This document shows, in pieces, positions 63,901 through 64,000 of a stretch of 64,000 nucleotides of DNA; position 1 is the stretch's first letter, and every line of letters begins with the position of its first letter. The notes below the pieces were generated by a model, which saw only the letters and a list, made by a program, of their open reading frames with translations, ran no database searches and had not been told where the DNA came from. The position numbers and the translations under genes were made by a program. Location: positions 10,129,624-10,193,623 of the forward strand of contig JAHRHZ010000218.1 of the NCBI GenBank assembly GCA_024137785.1. The letters are read 5' to 3'. Source of the stretch: Ginglymostoma cirratum (lineage: Eukaryota).

Positions 63901-64000
63901 CAGGCATCAGGCGGACCACCTTCGGTGCTACTGAGACCATTGAGTGGGCATTATTGAATAGTTAGGAGCATCACCCTGCTATCATCTGTACTTTACCTGC

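Overview
AT-rich, repeat-dense, non-coding eukaryotic DNA. The repeat repertoire (HE1-type SINEs, HER1/CR1 LINEs, Rex1, RTE, Penelope-like elements, many Harbinger fossils) points to a cartilaginous fish, probably a shark; this is an inference from recognised repeat families. I see no intact host protein-coding gene, rRNA, true tRNA or CRISPR array. Nearly every ORF I can interpret is a decayed transposon fragment (CR1/RTE/Rex1 reverse transcriptase, HARBI1-like transposase, Myb/SANT partner protein, hAT transposase, Gypsy gag/protease, GIY-YIG endonuclease). The most notable signal is a family of short, non-coding Penelope-derived elements with minimal hammerhead-ribozyme motifs. Several are fold-back (inverted-repeat) units flanked by 10-14 bp target-site duplications, and their breakpoints cluster at the ribozyme. 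Other oddities: a ~177-bp duplication bracketing a LINE-plus-extra-DNA insertion, a perfect 19-bp hairpin, a three-level transposon nest, and a few unique CpG-retaining segments that may be enhancers or exons. Boundaries of degraded elements were read by eye and are approximate.
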